From Chlorokybus atmophyticus (taxonomy: Eukaryota > Plantae > Mesostigma and Chlorokybus algae), in NCBI GenBank assembly GCA_009103225.1, contig RHPI01000461.1, forward strand, positions 44,545-108,544: a stretch of DNA of 64,000 nucleotides. Reading direction: 5' to 3'. A program made the translations under genes and the position numbers. Positions 1 to 14,978 of this stretch are shown piece after piece (position 1 is the stretch's first letter; every line of letters starts with the position of its first letter). The notes beneath the pieces are model-generated. The model had not been told where the DNA came from. It did not search any database and was given only the letters and a program-made list of their open reading frames with translations.

Positions 1-494
1 TTCATTGGTCCAATTACACATGGCGCGCTTTCACCGTAAACGCTTCCCGATGAAAGGGAACAACCTGCTGAGTCCCTATGCTGTGCATTCAAGCCGAATG
101 GCAAAAGTACAGAAAGCTCACAGCTTTGGTCCATGCTCTGCGTCTTGCAACTACTTTACAACACGCAAAGCTACCACTCGCACATCACACCAAGTCGCAG
201 AATGTCAAAGCATATTAACTTGGTTGATCAGTATACTACTAATGCAGCAATTCTGGGGCACCTACATAAAGTTAATGCCAATGCTGCAACACTTGTCTGT
301 CTGACAATGCTGAGGCGGACATGTGCCTGCAAGCAGTCCTCATAGCGACCACTCTCATGCTACATACATCAATCATGCCAAGTCTGCAGGCACAATGCGT
401 GTCTCCTGCAATCGTTCTGTACTACACACAACATCCACATACAAGCGACCAACATCAAGCCAAGCCTAAGCGATAAGGGCGATGAGAACTTCCC

Positions 495-1737
495 TCAAGG
501 AATCTGCCTTTGATACGGTGGGGAGGAACCCAACTGCAGCCGCTCTTGCTTCTCCAACAGTACCTGAGGACGCAAAAGAACATGAGTGTGTTGTGTGCAT
601 GTCAGGGCAGCCCATTTTTTCATTGCCCACGTCCAAAATGTTTGTAAGTTAAGGGTATGTGCAAGTGTGCGTACCAGCAGCCCTGTTAAGCAATGCACAC
701 GTCCGCACATCATGTGATAGCAGGTGTGATTGTCCTTACTTGGTCCAAGTATGGTTGCAGGTAAGGCTTGAACGGCGTCTGCTTGGCTTGCATCTCCTTG
801 CTGAGGTACACGTGCTTGCAGGACAGGTCCATCGCGCGCTTCAGCCGCTGGTTGCGCTCCAGCACCAGATCAGGGGGCATGCGGTTGAGTGCCTCCTCCA
901 CGTCGTTGTTGTGAGTTGGATCCAGCAAGTCTTCATACCTTAGCCCTGCAACAGATGTTAATGCACAGTGCGTGCGTATGTTTGTGTGCGCATGCACGCT
1001 TGCATGTGTCACCACGTGCTGCTAACTGTGCACGTCTTCATATGTGTACATGTGCGTTTGCGCGGCGGCGTCGTCGTCATCATCACCATTGTCATCATCA
1101 ACAATATTACCACCACCATTGTCACCATCATCGTCGTCATGGTCATCATAGCCAGGCAAGGCAACATTTCTGACTTCCCATGCAAGTCTTGGCATGAGAA
1201 CTTCCAATGCACATGGTAACGGCAAGACCTGCATTCTGCCACTGCGCTATGCTATGCCAAGGCAAAAACACACAGTTAAGACAGAGTTGACTGAGCAATG
1301 TCTGTAGAGGAGGCCACCATGAACTGCGTGACAGCAACAAAGCATTTGGACAAGCTGGGGTTGTACCGGCATCCAGATGGCAACTAGCATAACCATGGTA
1401 TACCAAAAGAATCCATGTTGCTGCATTGTCATCACTACGTCAATTTCCCTGGCTGCCGGCAACGGTTTTGGATGCCAATGCTGATTGACGTGACATCAAA
1501 CTGATCACGAAGTGTTTGGTGACATGCAGGATCATCAACTCAATAAAAACACCCAATGTCCGTTTCATCTGTTCAAGCTTGAACAGAGTTGTTGGGTATT
1601 TACATATTTAAAATGCTAGGTTGGCCCTAAGCCTCACCATATTTCCGCAGCTCCGCCCCCACGGTGGCCTGGTACCGCAAGGCGGCCCAGTTGACGACTG
1701 GGTCAAAAATCCGCGCCACGCGCTTAAGCAGCGACAT
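495..1737 (-). CDS. QCR7: Ubiquinol-cytochrome c reductase 14 kDa subunit (complex III subunit 7); 3 exons: 1737-1638, 945-740, 563-495
   Basis: Exons join in phase across GT-AG introns to give MSLLKRVARIFDPVVNWAALRYQATVGAELRKYG-LRYEDLLDP...EALNRMPPDLVLERNQRLKRAMDLSCKHVYLSKEMQAKQTPFKPYLQPYLDQ-VLLEKQERLQLG...*, the typical QCR7/UQCRB signature. Confidence 0.95.
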
Positions 1738-1850
1738 ATCTGTCAAGAAGCAGCGAACTGCCTCCTCCCCCGGTCGCCCCTCCCGCCGGCAACGCCACCG
1801 ACAACACCGCCAAGCTTGGCAATGCCAAAACGTCAGCAAAACCACACTGC

Positions 1851-1858
1851 AAACCCTA
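1851..1858 (+). promoter_or_regulatory. Possible telo-box (AAACCCTA) upstream of QCR7
   Basis: Exact AAACCCTA about 115 nt upstream of the QCR7 ATG, in the divergent QCR7/ARP6 intergenic region. An 8-mer can occur by chance. Confidence 0.25.
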
Positions 1859-2776
1859 ACAGAAGCCGCATGGAAGTCAATTCAGAGTCGCTAGTATCGC
1901 TGTTAGTTTTTGCTACTGTTGTGGCTTCTGCTCGCACAAGCTCTGCAGCAAGCGGCGGCGACGGCCGTAAGGTTGGAGGTGTGCGGTCTGTGGGCGGGTG
2001 TCTGTGGCTTCTGTTGACATATGGTGCGCGAGGTGGAGTGAGGTGAATGTACTTGTGTCTGAGTGCCAGATGCCTGCGGCTGTGACTGCCAAGGTGTGCG
2101 CATGCAATGCCTGGAGTGGCTGCATTGCCCGTTGCTTCGTCACAGCTTTCGTACTTCTGCAACACGTATTGTTTGGGTCACAGCAGTTGCTGTTGCGCAT
2201 GCCGCATCTGCTGGCTGTTTTGCTATAATTGTCTTATGCTTACCAAGCTAACATGGTGGTGGGCATTCCAACTCGCGCATTGCAAGCTATTTAGCCAGCT
2301 GTCGCACCAGATATAACACTTGTGACTATGAAACATTACAGCAGGCCTTAGTACAGCCTTTACTATGCATGCAAACACTACAAAGTTGTACCTCTGCAGC
2401 ATCCTGTTTTACAGTACGACTGCAAACCTTACTGTGACTGGCAAAGGTACTCACGGAGCAACAGTAAACTGCGTCTTGCACAGTCAGCTGGCCTGGACAA
2501 GCAGCTCGCTCCGTCGGGTAGTGCACATCATAATGAATGCTCTTTATCAATTTCGCTGTAGCTGCTGCCTCTGACAACTGCCTGCTACTGCAGCCACCTG
2601 GTGCACAGGCAAATACAGACGAGCTGCACCAAGACACAGCTGGCACTTCCACCACATCAACAACGCAGCTTCGTTACAAGCCATGTTCCTCAAACACCTT
2701 CTACAACAGCCTTATCAGCAATTAGCATAGACGAGTTTAGCCAATGCTTTGCAAAGGTGAAGCTTTGACATGACAC

Positions 2777-5337
2777 ATGGACACCAGTCCAGCCATGAGG
2801 CGTGCGCTCGTGTTGGACAATGGCGCATGCGCAATCAAGGCAGGCTTCACTGGAGACAACGCCACAGCAGAGAGTCTCGCAACCTCCTTGCCCAAAGTGC
2901 TCTGCCCTAACGCTGTTGGGCGCATGCGAGGAGACAAGAAGTGGCTTGCTGCCGACCTCCTTGATGATGCCTCTGATCTTGCCCAGATAGCAATAAAGCG
3001 ACCCTTTGACAGGGTGAGCACGTTGCTGACAGCCACTTGGACGCATATGCACACACACAAGCAACCACACAGCTGTGAAGGCCTATGTATGTCTGTGTGT
3101 TTGCATGCAGTTATGCGTTCGAGAACATGTGCATACGCGTACACACGTGTGAGAGCTGGAGCGTGTGTACACTGTTGTTCACGACAGCACAGTCATCACA
3201 CGTACTCATGGCAGGGTTACTTGGTGAATTGGGATGTACAGAGAGAAGTGTGGGACAGGGTGTTTTCGCAGCTGCTGAAGGTGAGAGCTTCCGACACTCC
3301 ACTGCTGGTCACAGAGCCCCTTTTTAACCTGCGCTCTATTCAAGAGAATATGGACGAGATTGTTTTTGAACAGTACGGCTTCCCAACCTGCCTTCGTGCA
3401 ACAGGTATCGCATCAGTCAGTGATTGCTAGCATACATGCGTCAGAATGCATGCACACGTATGTGTGCTCCCATGTGCGTGCACACATACATGCTTATGCG
3501 TTCAACCTCTGTGAGTGAAACACACGTGTACACTGGCGTGCAGGGCCTCTGCTGTCCCACTACTTGGTTGCCAGAACACTTCCGGAGTGCATGCTAGCGC
3601 AAACCGGCTGTTCGGTGATTGTTGACGCAGGCTTCTCATTCACGCATGTTGCGCCGATTATCGATGGCGCTGTCTACCTAAAAGGGGTCAGAAGGCAAGT
3701 GAGTACAAGAGTGGTGCCGCGCACAATTGCTGCCCTCATGATGTGCTGATGTGTATTGAGAGTTTTCTTGCAGGATCAATGTGGGTGGGAAGGCTTTGAC
3801 AAACTATCTCAAGGAGCTCGTATCGTACAGGTACATGGTACTACAGAAGGTAATGTCAAGTGTCAACATGTCATAAGCAACACCACTTGCGTGACATCTC
3901 TAAGTACTGATGGTATCCAGGCAATGGAACATGATGGACGAGTCATGGATACTTGAGGATGTTAAGGAGAAACTTTGCTTCAGTTCCCTTGATCTGCAGC
4001 GAGACTTAAATATTGCGCGGTATGCCAGCACTGTATTGTTTACTTCCTTATAGCACCGCAGGGTTTGTTGAACATAAGCTCCTCTAACTGTCGGTATGCT
4101 AGGAAGCCAGGTGCAGACAACATCTACCGCAAAGAGTACGTGTTGCCAGATGGGGTGAAGTTCCTGCGCGGGTTTGTACGGGTAAGCGCCTCCTCTTTGC
4201 ACTGACATAGACACTTGCTGCCAGCACCCCATCCTAACCTCATCATTGTGTGATGCTCAGGATCCTTTGACCGAGGCTGAGAAAAGACTGCTACGAAAGC
4301 AGCAGATGGAGTCGTTGCGCAGTGAACCGGCCTCACGCAAGAACAACGCCCCGCCTGAGGAGCAGGTAGTTGCAGTTGAAATTAGTAGACAGCAACATGG
4401 AACCTGTGTGCCACACCCACTACATGCCATGCACAGTTTTGGCAGGCCTGGGACTTGGCCTTCTTTACCCTGCATGTTGTGCTCGCACAAGTCACGTGCT
4501 TGAGTGGTCATCTGTGCACAGGCAATCCTTCTTGCCAACGAGCGCTTCTCTGTTCCTGAAGTCTTGTTCAATCCTCTTGACATAGGTAAAGTGCATTGCA
4601 GACTGGTTGTGTCATATTGCATCTTACATGTCGCCTACGCTGTACTGTTGTTGGCAGCTCAGACACGGCTCACAGCGTTGAAAACCATGTGTTTTGCAGG
4701 CATTGAGCAAGCTGGTCTGGCAGAGACTATTGTGCTGGCAGTTGAGGCCACCCCACCCGCTTTTCACGGTCCCCTTTACTCAAGGTTGGACCTTTTTGTG
4801 CCCTTAAGTAACCCCATGTGGGCATCGCTGCTTGGCCTGTGCGCAGCTGCCGGCCAGCATTTGCTTACTCGCCTGCCTTACTTTCCAGCATCGTCCTGAC
4901 TGGCGGGACCACGCAATTGCCCAATTTCAAGGAACGACTGTAAGACAACTGATTGCGGTGCACTGCTTGTGTTGTCACTGCATTATCACCGAATCTGTGC
5001 AAAGACTTTGTAGTGCTCACTCCTGGCCACGTTGTGCAGCTACCAGGACTTGAGGCCCCTTGTGTATTCGGACTATGATGTGGACGTTCTTCACCCGCCA
5101 GAGTAAGCAACAGCTGGTAACGGGCAGTTGTTGATGGCAATTGGTCCCTTCATCATGTATAATTCTTTATTGTTGTATTGTACATGATGTTGTTGTAACA
5201 CATGTGCTTGCTGTAGGCCTCACTTGACGTCATGGCGGGGAGGCTTGCTATTTGCTAACAGCAGCCTGTACGAGAAGCAAGCGATGACAAGGGTGCAGTA
5301 CTTTGAGAACGGAGTGCGGCGCGCTCATCGACGCTGA
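2777..5337 (+). CDS. ARP6: Actin-related protein 6 (SWR1 complex), about 11 exons
   Basis: The spliced translation contains [105 protein letters not shown] and IVLTGGTTQLPNFKERL, and ends in TGA at 5335-5337. All splice phases match. Confidence 0.93.
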
Positions 5338-6800
5338 GCTGCCCTTGTCCGAGCACCGTAGTGGTTGATCGATCATTATGTGGGCCCGATTGTTGCACGA
5401 CCTCTCAGCATGCATTCATGCATATGCGGTGATGATGATTTAAGTCTTCTATGATTTAATTGCGTTGTCAAAAGTTGTACAGTCTACCCTCGTTGCAATC
5501 ACATGCATAGCATTGCATATATCATACACTCTTTTCTATGACACCCTCCCACTAGTGACTATTTTTGGATGAATCAATACACTTGTGGCAAACTTCGCCC
5601 TTAATGGTGACTATCACATTTGCTGTAAAGACGAATGGCGCAAATAGGGAGCGTCATTACAACGAGGATATTTAAATTATGCAATCCATTGATTTGAGTT
5701 TGCACTTGTGTAGTGCAACAGTTGGTGCAAAGCCTTGCATTACTATGGCAAGCACCACAACCAACCGTTGTCTCGATGTTGTGACTAGCTGTCACTGCAT
5801 ACCGAATATCAAGCATGTATATACCTCGCTACAATAAGGTTATGTCATTACACCGAGGTAATGCGCTTTTGTGACCACTGTCATTACATCGAGTTAATGA
5901 CATCCTTTATGTAGTGACAATTATGCTCAGAACATACGTGGTCACAACATCGAGGGTTAACTGTACTGTTCAATTATACTTAAATTGGTTGGCAGTGATT
6001 CTCAGTCGATGTAGTATTAAGACCTTTCACCCTCATCAACGGCTCTACATCAAGGCGCCCATAACACACCCGAAATTGGAGTCCCAAGTGGGCCTGCATA
6101 AGTCATTAAGGTCATGCAGAATAACTGCCAATTCCGGTAAGGTTCGTTTACAACTGCCAGAAAATCCCTACAAGCAGACCCTACAATACATTGCATAGGC
6201 TAATCTAAGTCTGGGGGATTCCTTCACAGGATTCCTCTCTCGCAGAGGTGAATATTCCGACGCGGCAACAGAAAGTGATTTCTGCCGTTTTGAAGCCCCC
6301 CTAAATCGAATATCTGCCCAGCGAAGCAGTGAGTGACACGTGTTAGGGTCATCCCCTTCCTCGGCGGCGGCGGCGGCGGCGGTGGCGGTGGCCGCGGCGT
6401 GGTTGGTGGCTTGCTCGGCATTGCAGGTTCCAGTTAGCGGGGTGGTCACTGCTGGTGACACTGTGTTGGACTGTGAGGAGACTTTCAGCCTTCAAGTCCG
6501 CCTGAGTGGGAAACCCTAACACTAGCTTGAGGTGGAGTAGCTTTGCAGCAAGGGCTTGCTCCGTAACACAGGAGGCAGCTGCTTGAATCCACTCAAGGTG
6601 TTCTTTGCAATCAGCATTTTAAGCTGTTGTGAACACTGGCAAGAGCCTCAGTCAGTGTGTTGTGCTGCAGGCGCTTGCCGGTTGTGATGTCTCTAATTGA
6701 GGGTCTTGCAATTTATATGTTGAATGCAGCTCATACAGGCCGAAGCAGCTCTGCGCATGGCCTTTCGTTGTGGTATTTGTCAGCAGGCTGCGGTGAACAT

Positions 6801-7598
<798 letters not shown>

Positions 7599-7780
7599 TC
7601 GTTTATAAGAATCACCCTAGCTTCTTCCATGTCACGTCCATTGATGCATTGATGCACTGCGTGTGTAGCCTCGATTGTGTATGCTGAAATACACTCAAGT
7701 CACCCCACTGCTCAAGCTCAATGCTAGCTGCACAGTCTCTCTGAGCTTGCCTCACAGAGCTTGTGCGCAGGCCTGCATAG

Positions 7781-8994
7781 GTAAAGATAGACACGTTGAG
7801 CGAGAGAAAGAGACGTAAAGTGGGCGAAGACTGTAAGCAAACCTGTGCCCAGTATTCGAGATGGTTCGACTCTAGTTGCTGCTCACAGGTATGCAGTAAC
7901 AGTCTTGTATTGATGTTCAATGGCATGCAGACCAATCTTAGCTTGCAGAATTTTCAGTGCGCATGTTACACTGTGTTGTCACACATTGTGCGTTAATGCG
8001 TGCATGTTGGAAACATGTTCAATTGTTCGTTGTAGTACCATTGTATTCGTATCACATTGCTACCCAAGTACCTTAGGTTGCTGAGATATGCTGGTATGGC
8101 GCATGGCACATACAGCACTGATGTGTCGTTCTCAAAGTCACTTGTGCCTTACAGCTTGCATTGACGGACTTGTCTTGTAATGTGTGCACAGACTACACGT
8201 TTCAACAATTACTAGCGTGACATTTATCTGCAACAGCGCACACGCCAGCATCATGAGGGTGTTGTGTTTCACGAGTTGAATCCATAAGTGCAAACAAAGA
8301 GTTGTGCACGTTGTGTTGTTGTCAGGTTCAGTTTCAAAGCACTCACTGGAGGTTCTTCAGGTGCTGGACTGGTGCCCATCATTTGCATAACCAGCAGCAG
8401 ACACAAGGGTCGCAATGAGGCTTTCATCAGCCATCACCTCGCCCCTCAGCTCTCCACTCTGCACGCCCGCACTTACCAGCACATCTGCAACAAAACGGCG
8501 GCAACCGACTTCATGCAGAGCTTCAAAATCAAGGCCCGAAGCACGCATCCGTAGACAAAGAGGAAAGGTGTGTGGTGTCTGGGCATGTCTTGTACTTTAC
8601 TGTAAGTATAACCAGATAGACGTGGAAGATACTGTTGAAGTTAACATGCAAATCTCCTGCTCAGTGGTTTGCACGCTCTTTACAAGTGATCAGGAGTATC
8701 AGCAGTATTGAGTTGTCAAGCACCTGCGCAGTGCACTGCTTTGTGTACAAGCTGTTTGTAGGTGGCTGTCTGATGTTCTTGCATGTGCAGCAGGTGCATA
8801 CACCTGAAGAGGAGTACTTTGTCACGGAGCACATGCGGACGTACATCATGCTCACGCGGCGCATTAGCACCTGGAGGAAAAGCTTCGCCCTCAATTATGG
8901 CCGGGAGCCCACAGTTGACGATCATCCGACGCAGCTGGTAACAGAGCTGGTTACAGCCATGAGATTGGGAGACCTTTTGCGCTCCATAGAATGA
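7781..8994 (+). CDS. Probable small multi-exon gene of unknown function (last exon 8792-8994; possible exons 7781-7888 and about 8415-8567)
   Basis: The AG-bounded last exon reads VHTPEEEYFVTEHMRTYIMLTRRISTWRKSFALNYGREPTVDD...*. The W..F...GR.P..DD pattern recalls Sld2/FAM13-type short helical motifs. 7781-7888 is a clean 36-codon AG/GT-bounded exon (VKIDTLSERKRRKVGEDCKQTCAQYSRWFDSSCCSQ), but its connection to this gene is uncertain. Confidence 0.5.
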
Positions 8995-9429
8995 AGTCAG
9001 GCCGCGGCTGCTGTTAGAAAAGCGCTAACCGCTGCGCACAATGCGGGCGTGTATTGTATAGTCTTCATGTTGTTGCGCGCAAGTATTGGACCTTTTTGGG
9101 TTGTATGGAGTGATGAGTTTTCTGTAGTGCTGCTTTGTTCGGCGTTCATGTGGTATGAAACTTTTTGTGCCTTGGAAAGCAGCAGTCATTGTCTACTCGG
9201 CTGCTCAGTTATTTTGCATGCTGATGTTTTTACAGGAGTCCAAAGCATCAACGTGTGCGTAGGCCCAAATTGAATGCAGTGGTTATGTCCTTGGTTGAGT
9301 TTTCACTTCCATGTTGAAGCTGACGCGCAGGCTTAGATTGCTATGTGGTTGGTGGTTGCAAAAGAACACATACATTGAAGTACATTAAAGTAGCCACCTT
9401 TGGCAAAGCAGTTGGTGCCCTCTGCGCAT

Positions 9430-12400
9430 GTGTGGGTTTATGCGCAGTAATAATTGTAGCAGTTGGTGGGTGCCTTCATCAGGTAGCAATTCAGCCTGGC
9501 TGATCGTATCAAAGGAGGAAGGCAGTCAGCCATCTTACCCAGTGCAGAGGTTGTCACGTCAGTGCAAGTACTCCAGCAGAACTGGTCAGAGTGAAACATG
9601 GGCGTACTGAGCACAATAAGTGCACACCAAAGCAAAGGCAGATTGAGAAGTAAGGGTGGAACACCAGTGAATATGCGCCAAAGAGACAGTCACCAGATGA
9701 CCCGGGCCAGAACTCAAGCTCGCACTCGAGTTCTGCTCAGGTAGTCTAAGAAGTCCCTGTAACCTCCGCCGGCCTTGACGCATAGGGCACCACCTACACA
9801 ATTTCAGTGGCAGGATGATGAGTTTGCAGCCCAACCGTAAACCACAAAAACTCGAAAGGGTCAACAAAGCATACATCAGCAGTGGCATGCGTAAGTTTTG
9901 TCAAGGTGACTGATAGGGCGTAATTCTAAGCTTACCAAGGACACTCAAATGGATCTTGCGATCGCCCAGCCTGTACACGCAGTCTTCAATCTGCAACAAG
10001 CCACAAACGACACAAGTTGCATGCGTCGTCGAACATTCAGCGTATTACCAATGACACCGGAGGCAGACATCATGACTCCTCTGCTTTTCTGCTCGTGTAC
10101 TTGCCTTGAGCACCGGCAACTTGATGCCATTTTCAAGGAACCTGGCCTTCAACGACACGACATGCTCGTCTACCAGCGCTGCAGCTGCCTGCATTGTTGC
10201 CACCACATTAAACATGTTCAGCAGTATGCACATGCACCCACGTGTGTGCATGTGTGCTTGCATATCCCATGACGGTGTCATACATGCATGCACACGCACG
10301 GACGCGATCGCAAACGACACCATGTAAACGTGCACTCACCTTTTTTCTGGCCATGGCAGTCATCACCGATAATGGTCGTTGCCTTGCGGTCCATCCGAAC
10401 AAGGTGCCGACATCACCAGTCGGCATGCTGCGCGCGCCATCGAAGCTGTGTTTGCGCACCGGCTGCGGATACAGCAGCCGCATTGCGCCATCAAGAGAGA
10501 CTGCTCTCGTCACACTATGTAGTGCTGCTGTTGTAGCAGGCGAAGCTGTGCTATTGCTAGTGGTATTGCTACTACTCTGTTGCTGAGTGTCTACACTAGC
10601 AGGCATGCCATTCGTATTATTAATACTCCTATCACTACTCTCAGGATTGCGGGCGGTTATTGAAGGTGTTGTCATTATCGCTGCGGCTGATGCAGGTCCT
10701 GAGGCGCTATCCGCCATGTGTGCTTGGAATGTTGGATTACTGAACTGTCTGTTGAAGCCGGGCGGGCTTGCGGGTTTGCTCGACATTGCTGTGGTTGAGG
10801 CGTTGTCCACGGGCTCGACGAGTGTTGATGATGCAACTGATGCAGAGACGGATGCTGGCTCAGGTAGACGCAAAAGACTCGTTGCACCCAAAAATGACAT
10901 GAACTTGTGCTTGGACCGAGGGGATAACTGATTCGCTTTCTCTTTGGAGTCTTCTCCCCTCATCAAGCTCAGTATCTCCTGCATTGCAATGCATTCACGT
11001 CAGCAACAAGAGTTGCGGATGTGCTGATGACAACAGCAACATTAACAAGCAACCCATTGGCTTAAGTTACACATCAACCTGGGCGAGGCGGGCATTGCAG
11101 CGGGCGTATTCATCGCATTTTGCCTCGAGGGCCGCACAGCGCCGAGTCAGTTTGTCGTTCAACGCTTTCATTGCCTCCATGTCTGTATCTGCCAGGCGGG
11201 CTTCGTTTGCATTCTCAAGTTCCTATGACAAACCAAACAGTGAGTGTACGTAGCCGAGCAAACACGCTGCATACTCACACCACAACATGCATATATACAC
11301 AAATACGGATCCAGAATGGATGTGCAACTGTGCACGACATCATGTGTTGCACAGTTACACATGATAATGATGTGGGGTGAAGTGCCGACATGTACCTGTG
11401 CAGCACTCTCCAGCAGCTGTGCCAACTGAGCTGCCTTGGCTTCCAGCATGCGAACCTGCACAAGCATTCCTCGCTTACTTACTCCATGACAGGACAGCAG
11501 GACCTTGCCCTTATGACCGGAGTCATGACTTACAGTCAGCATGTCTCCTGTGTCAGGGTCATTATGGCTCCCAAGCAAGTCTTTTGTTGTTGGAGAGAGA
11601 TCAAACGCGTGCCGCAGTTGAAACTTGCGAATCAGAGATAGGACTGAGACTGGATGTGAGCCTGGACCTGCATGACAACCAGCATGAGACTCTTGCTGGC
11701 GGGACAGTCATTCATTGTTTGTAGCAAGGAGAGGCAGCAAAACGATTGCACCGCTGCAGTTCGAGTTGTATGCACACAACCAGTCTCCAACTAATCATGT
11801 CTCTGACAGCACGCATGCACATGGGCACAACATTTGTGATAGTCCATTGCTTACTTGTCGGGAGGCCGGTAGCTTGGGTTCTTCTTAATAACTCCGTCTG
11901 CAAGTAAACAGTTATGTTTCCTATATGCTTTGGCTGTGGTTGGCAAATGACGGTGTGTTGCTTTTAATGGTTCAACAACAACACGCTCGAGTCACCTTTG
12001 CAGGGCTGCCGCTAGCGACGCGTGCTTCCAACACAACAGCTTCTTCCTGCGTAACATGATTGGCTTCAGGTGCAATGGTTGGTAGTACCATGTCGACGTG
12101 CAAGAAGCAGCGACACTCACTTCCAGCTTGTTGAGGTCTGCTGGCAACTCCACTGCTCGCCCATCCTCCCTAGCCGCTTGCAGGGTGTCTTTGGCATCCA
12201 AGGATGTACCTGATTAAGTATTACAATGTCAATAGACTGTCAATGTGTAATGGCCAACAATCACAACAGCAGCACACATGGTCAAAGCGAGAGGGACATA
12301 TGGATCAGGCTGACCTATGGGCAGCACACCGCGTCGCAATGACTCATTGTCAGCCGCCAGCTGTCTAAGATCTGCCTGCAGCTGCATTCATACGCTTGTT

Positions 12401-14505
12401 CAAGCTCAGGCATCACAATGTATATAACTCGAGTCGACTTTAGCTGTGGCCAGTACCTGTGTAATCAGTGATATTGAAGGGTCTATGTCACCAAACATTG
12501 CGCTATCAGCACTTCCAGACTTCTTTCCTGTGACTGCCCTGAGAACTGCAGCTATATCCTGAAAGGGGAAACATAACACATGAGAGCGGGTTCAGTACTT
12601 GCTACTTAAACAGAGATAGCAGTGCCAGCAGTAAAGCAGCTGCACCTCTGCTCGGGCGCGGTCACTTGCTTTGCAGTAAGCCCGCAGGTCCGTTATATCA
12701 TCAGACTTTTGGCGCAACTCCTCTCGCAGACGCACAAGTTGAACCTGAAACGAGAACTCAACTGTCAACGTGTTGTAATGTAACCATGCCGTAACCATGC
12801 CACACGTTGTTGACGACTGTGTTGACCTCATCAGAAGACGGTTCACTCGACATGGTTGGGGGCGCAAGTTATACCTTGAGTGGCTCTTCTTCTCTTTCCC
12901 TGAGACGTTCACCTCCTCTTTCGCTCGCTCTCTCCCTCTCTTTCTCCCATTTGTCTCCCTCTCGGTCCCCGCCTCCTTGCAGTACGGACTCGCTGCTCGC
13001 TTCCGACCGCAAAGGCTGCACTGCTGATGAAATGGAGGCACGCCTTGGCTCTGTCAACCTACACAAGAGGCATGAGTACATGTGCATTTGTACTTACAGC
13101 ACAAGTTGCATTGTTGGGGTGCATGGAAACATACCAACACACCATAACAGGCTGTACCTGGCACTCTGCGATCGCGGTGTGAGTGACCCGCCTCCTCGAC
13201 GGGAGTGAAAACCTGTTGTTACAAATCAGTAAGGCGGTTGCAGCGCTTTCATGTGCCCGCAAAAGGCACGCAATTGATAGAAAACATCAAGTGCATTCCA
13301 ACTGATGAAGTAGTACCTATCGGTGTGGGTGAGCCTGGCTGGGAGGGGCCGTCTCCTCGACTCCTCTCATCCTTGTTGTTGACGTCAACGTAGTTGCTAT
13401 GGCTGTTGAAGCTAGCCCTTTCCTTTTTGCTGGCGTTGCCGCCGTTGTTCAGAGCGTCCATCGCAGCGCGCAGAGTGCCGGACACTGTGGACTTGGGACT
13501 GGTTGGAGCCATGTATACACGTTGCAGCGACTCCTGAACATATTGTGTAACATATAAGACCTTTGTAATGATGGACACACAACACTTGGCAGCCATATGA
13601 TACCTACCGCACAACCATCAGTCAAGAAGGGTCACATGCGATTCTTGCTCGACTTACAGTGTCTATGCAAGACACGCAAGCGACATTCCAAGCTGGCGCT
13701 GAACCTGTTTCTTTTCTTTGCACTGACCTCAGATGTTTCTGTTTGGAAAAGTCTCGATGATGGCGGGTCCTTCTTCTCGTGGGTTGCGCTGTTGATGGGG
13801 CCAAAGGCGCGCTCAACGACAGAGCGAAAGCGTGGTGAGGCCGGTGACTGTGGGGGTGAGGCTGCTGAGGTGCGGGACGGTTCAGGTGGCACGTTGATCG
13901 CGAGCTTCAACCTGTATGGTTGATGAGGCTCAGAAAGGAGTAAGCTATATGCTTATGGCGAAGGTCTGCAGCAAACACCCGCAAACGACCGGTGGTGCTT
14001 GAAGCTGTGATCCTCGTCAACATGCCGGAGACACACTACATATGCGCAGTCTGTTGGAAGGACAAAGCAATGTCGCATACACTCGCATTGCCATTGTGCA
14101 TCTACCACGCACAGTACGAGTACAAAGAGTATCCTTCCCCCACCCCCACCCTACAGGCCACCACCAACCCCACCACCATCACCAACAAGCAAACAACAAG
14201 CTATTATTGTGTGCTTGGGCGATGGCACCAACGGAGCAAGTTAGACGACTATACTGTCAGTCAGTGTGAACTGAGAAGCTATGGTACACGTCACATCAGA
14301 ACCTGCTCTCCTCCTCCAGTGCAAAGAAGAGCCATGAGGACAACAAAGAACTTGTCAACGTGTTGGACACGCATGTGGGTCTAACTCGCACACGCCTTAC
14401 TTCCATTACCTACCTTGGTTTGCCTTTCTGGTGGGAAGGCATGCCCTCACTCTCTCCTGAGCTTTTCAGCGCAGCGCTTTCTGCTTCAGCCATGTGACTC
14501 ATCAT
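9430..14505 (-). CDS. Large multi-exon gene, Ser/Pro-rich and coiled-coil protein of unknown function; 3' end approximate
   Basis: A series of AG/GT-bounded open exons, e.g. MMSHMAEAESAALKSSGESEG, LKLAINVPPEPSRTSAASPPQSPASPRF, VQLVRLREELRQKSDDITDLRAYCKASDRARAE, ADLRQLAADNESLRR, VRMLEAKAAQLAQLLE, and the long exon at 10330-10984. No family recognised. Confidence 0.7.
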
Positions 14506-14978
14506 GGCGCCGCCGCTCAAGGCCGACACCAGGCCGGGCACGTCCCCGACTGGCCGCTGCTTGCGCATGCCTTGACCCCATACTAGTGTTTGCCTGCAAG
14601 CAGGAGTTAGGGTTGAGCAAAACCTGAAACGCAGAAGCACTCGCTGGCAAGTAGCTTCAAGCACAGAAAGACGTGCTAAGAGCTGCTGCTTTGCACAGCT
14701 TGTGCAAGTGCTCAGCGAGTGCAGTTTCACTTCAAAGCAGGTGCCTAGTGATTGTTTGGCCTTTTAACAAGTTGCAAACTGCTCAGAGTCACATTGAGTG
14801 CTGCCTGTCAAGAAGTAGACTACAACTCCTACACATTCGTAAGCACCTGGCTATGGTGCCAGCATCCCACAGCTCCTTTAGCTCCTGAAAGGACACCGGG
14901 CCAACTGGCCTGCCAGTCTCCTCGTGTCCATAGAACCACCTGCACGAGCAACACAAAGATATAACCAAATATAATGCA

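Noticed and set aside
968-1242. His/Asp-rich ORFs on both strands
   Set aside because: They lie inside QCR7 intron 1 and derive from (CAT/CAC/CGT)n low-complexity sequence.
1621-2730. Small ORFs and possible exons between QCR7 and ARP6
   Set aside because: No consistent in-phase gene model or recognisable motif could be built. They may be UTR or non-coding.
5914-6800. Short ORFs around a (GGC)n run and a possible C-x2-C motif (AFRCGICQQ)
   Set aside because: Could not be linked into a credible spliced gene, and the region is cut by the CT tract.
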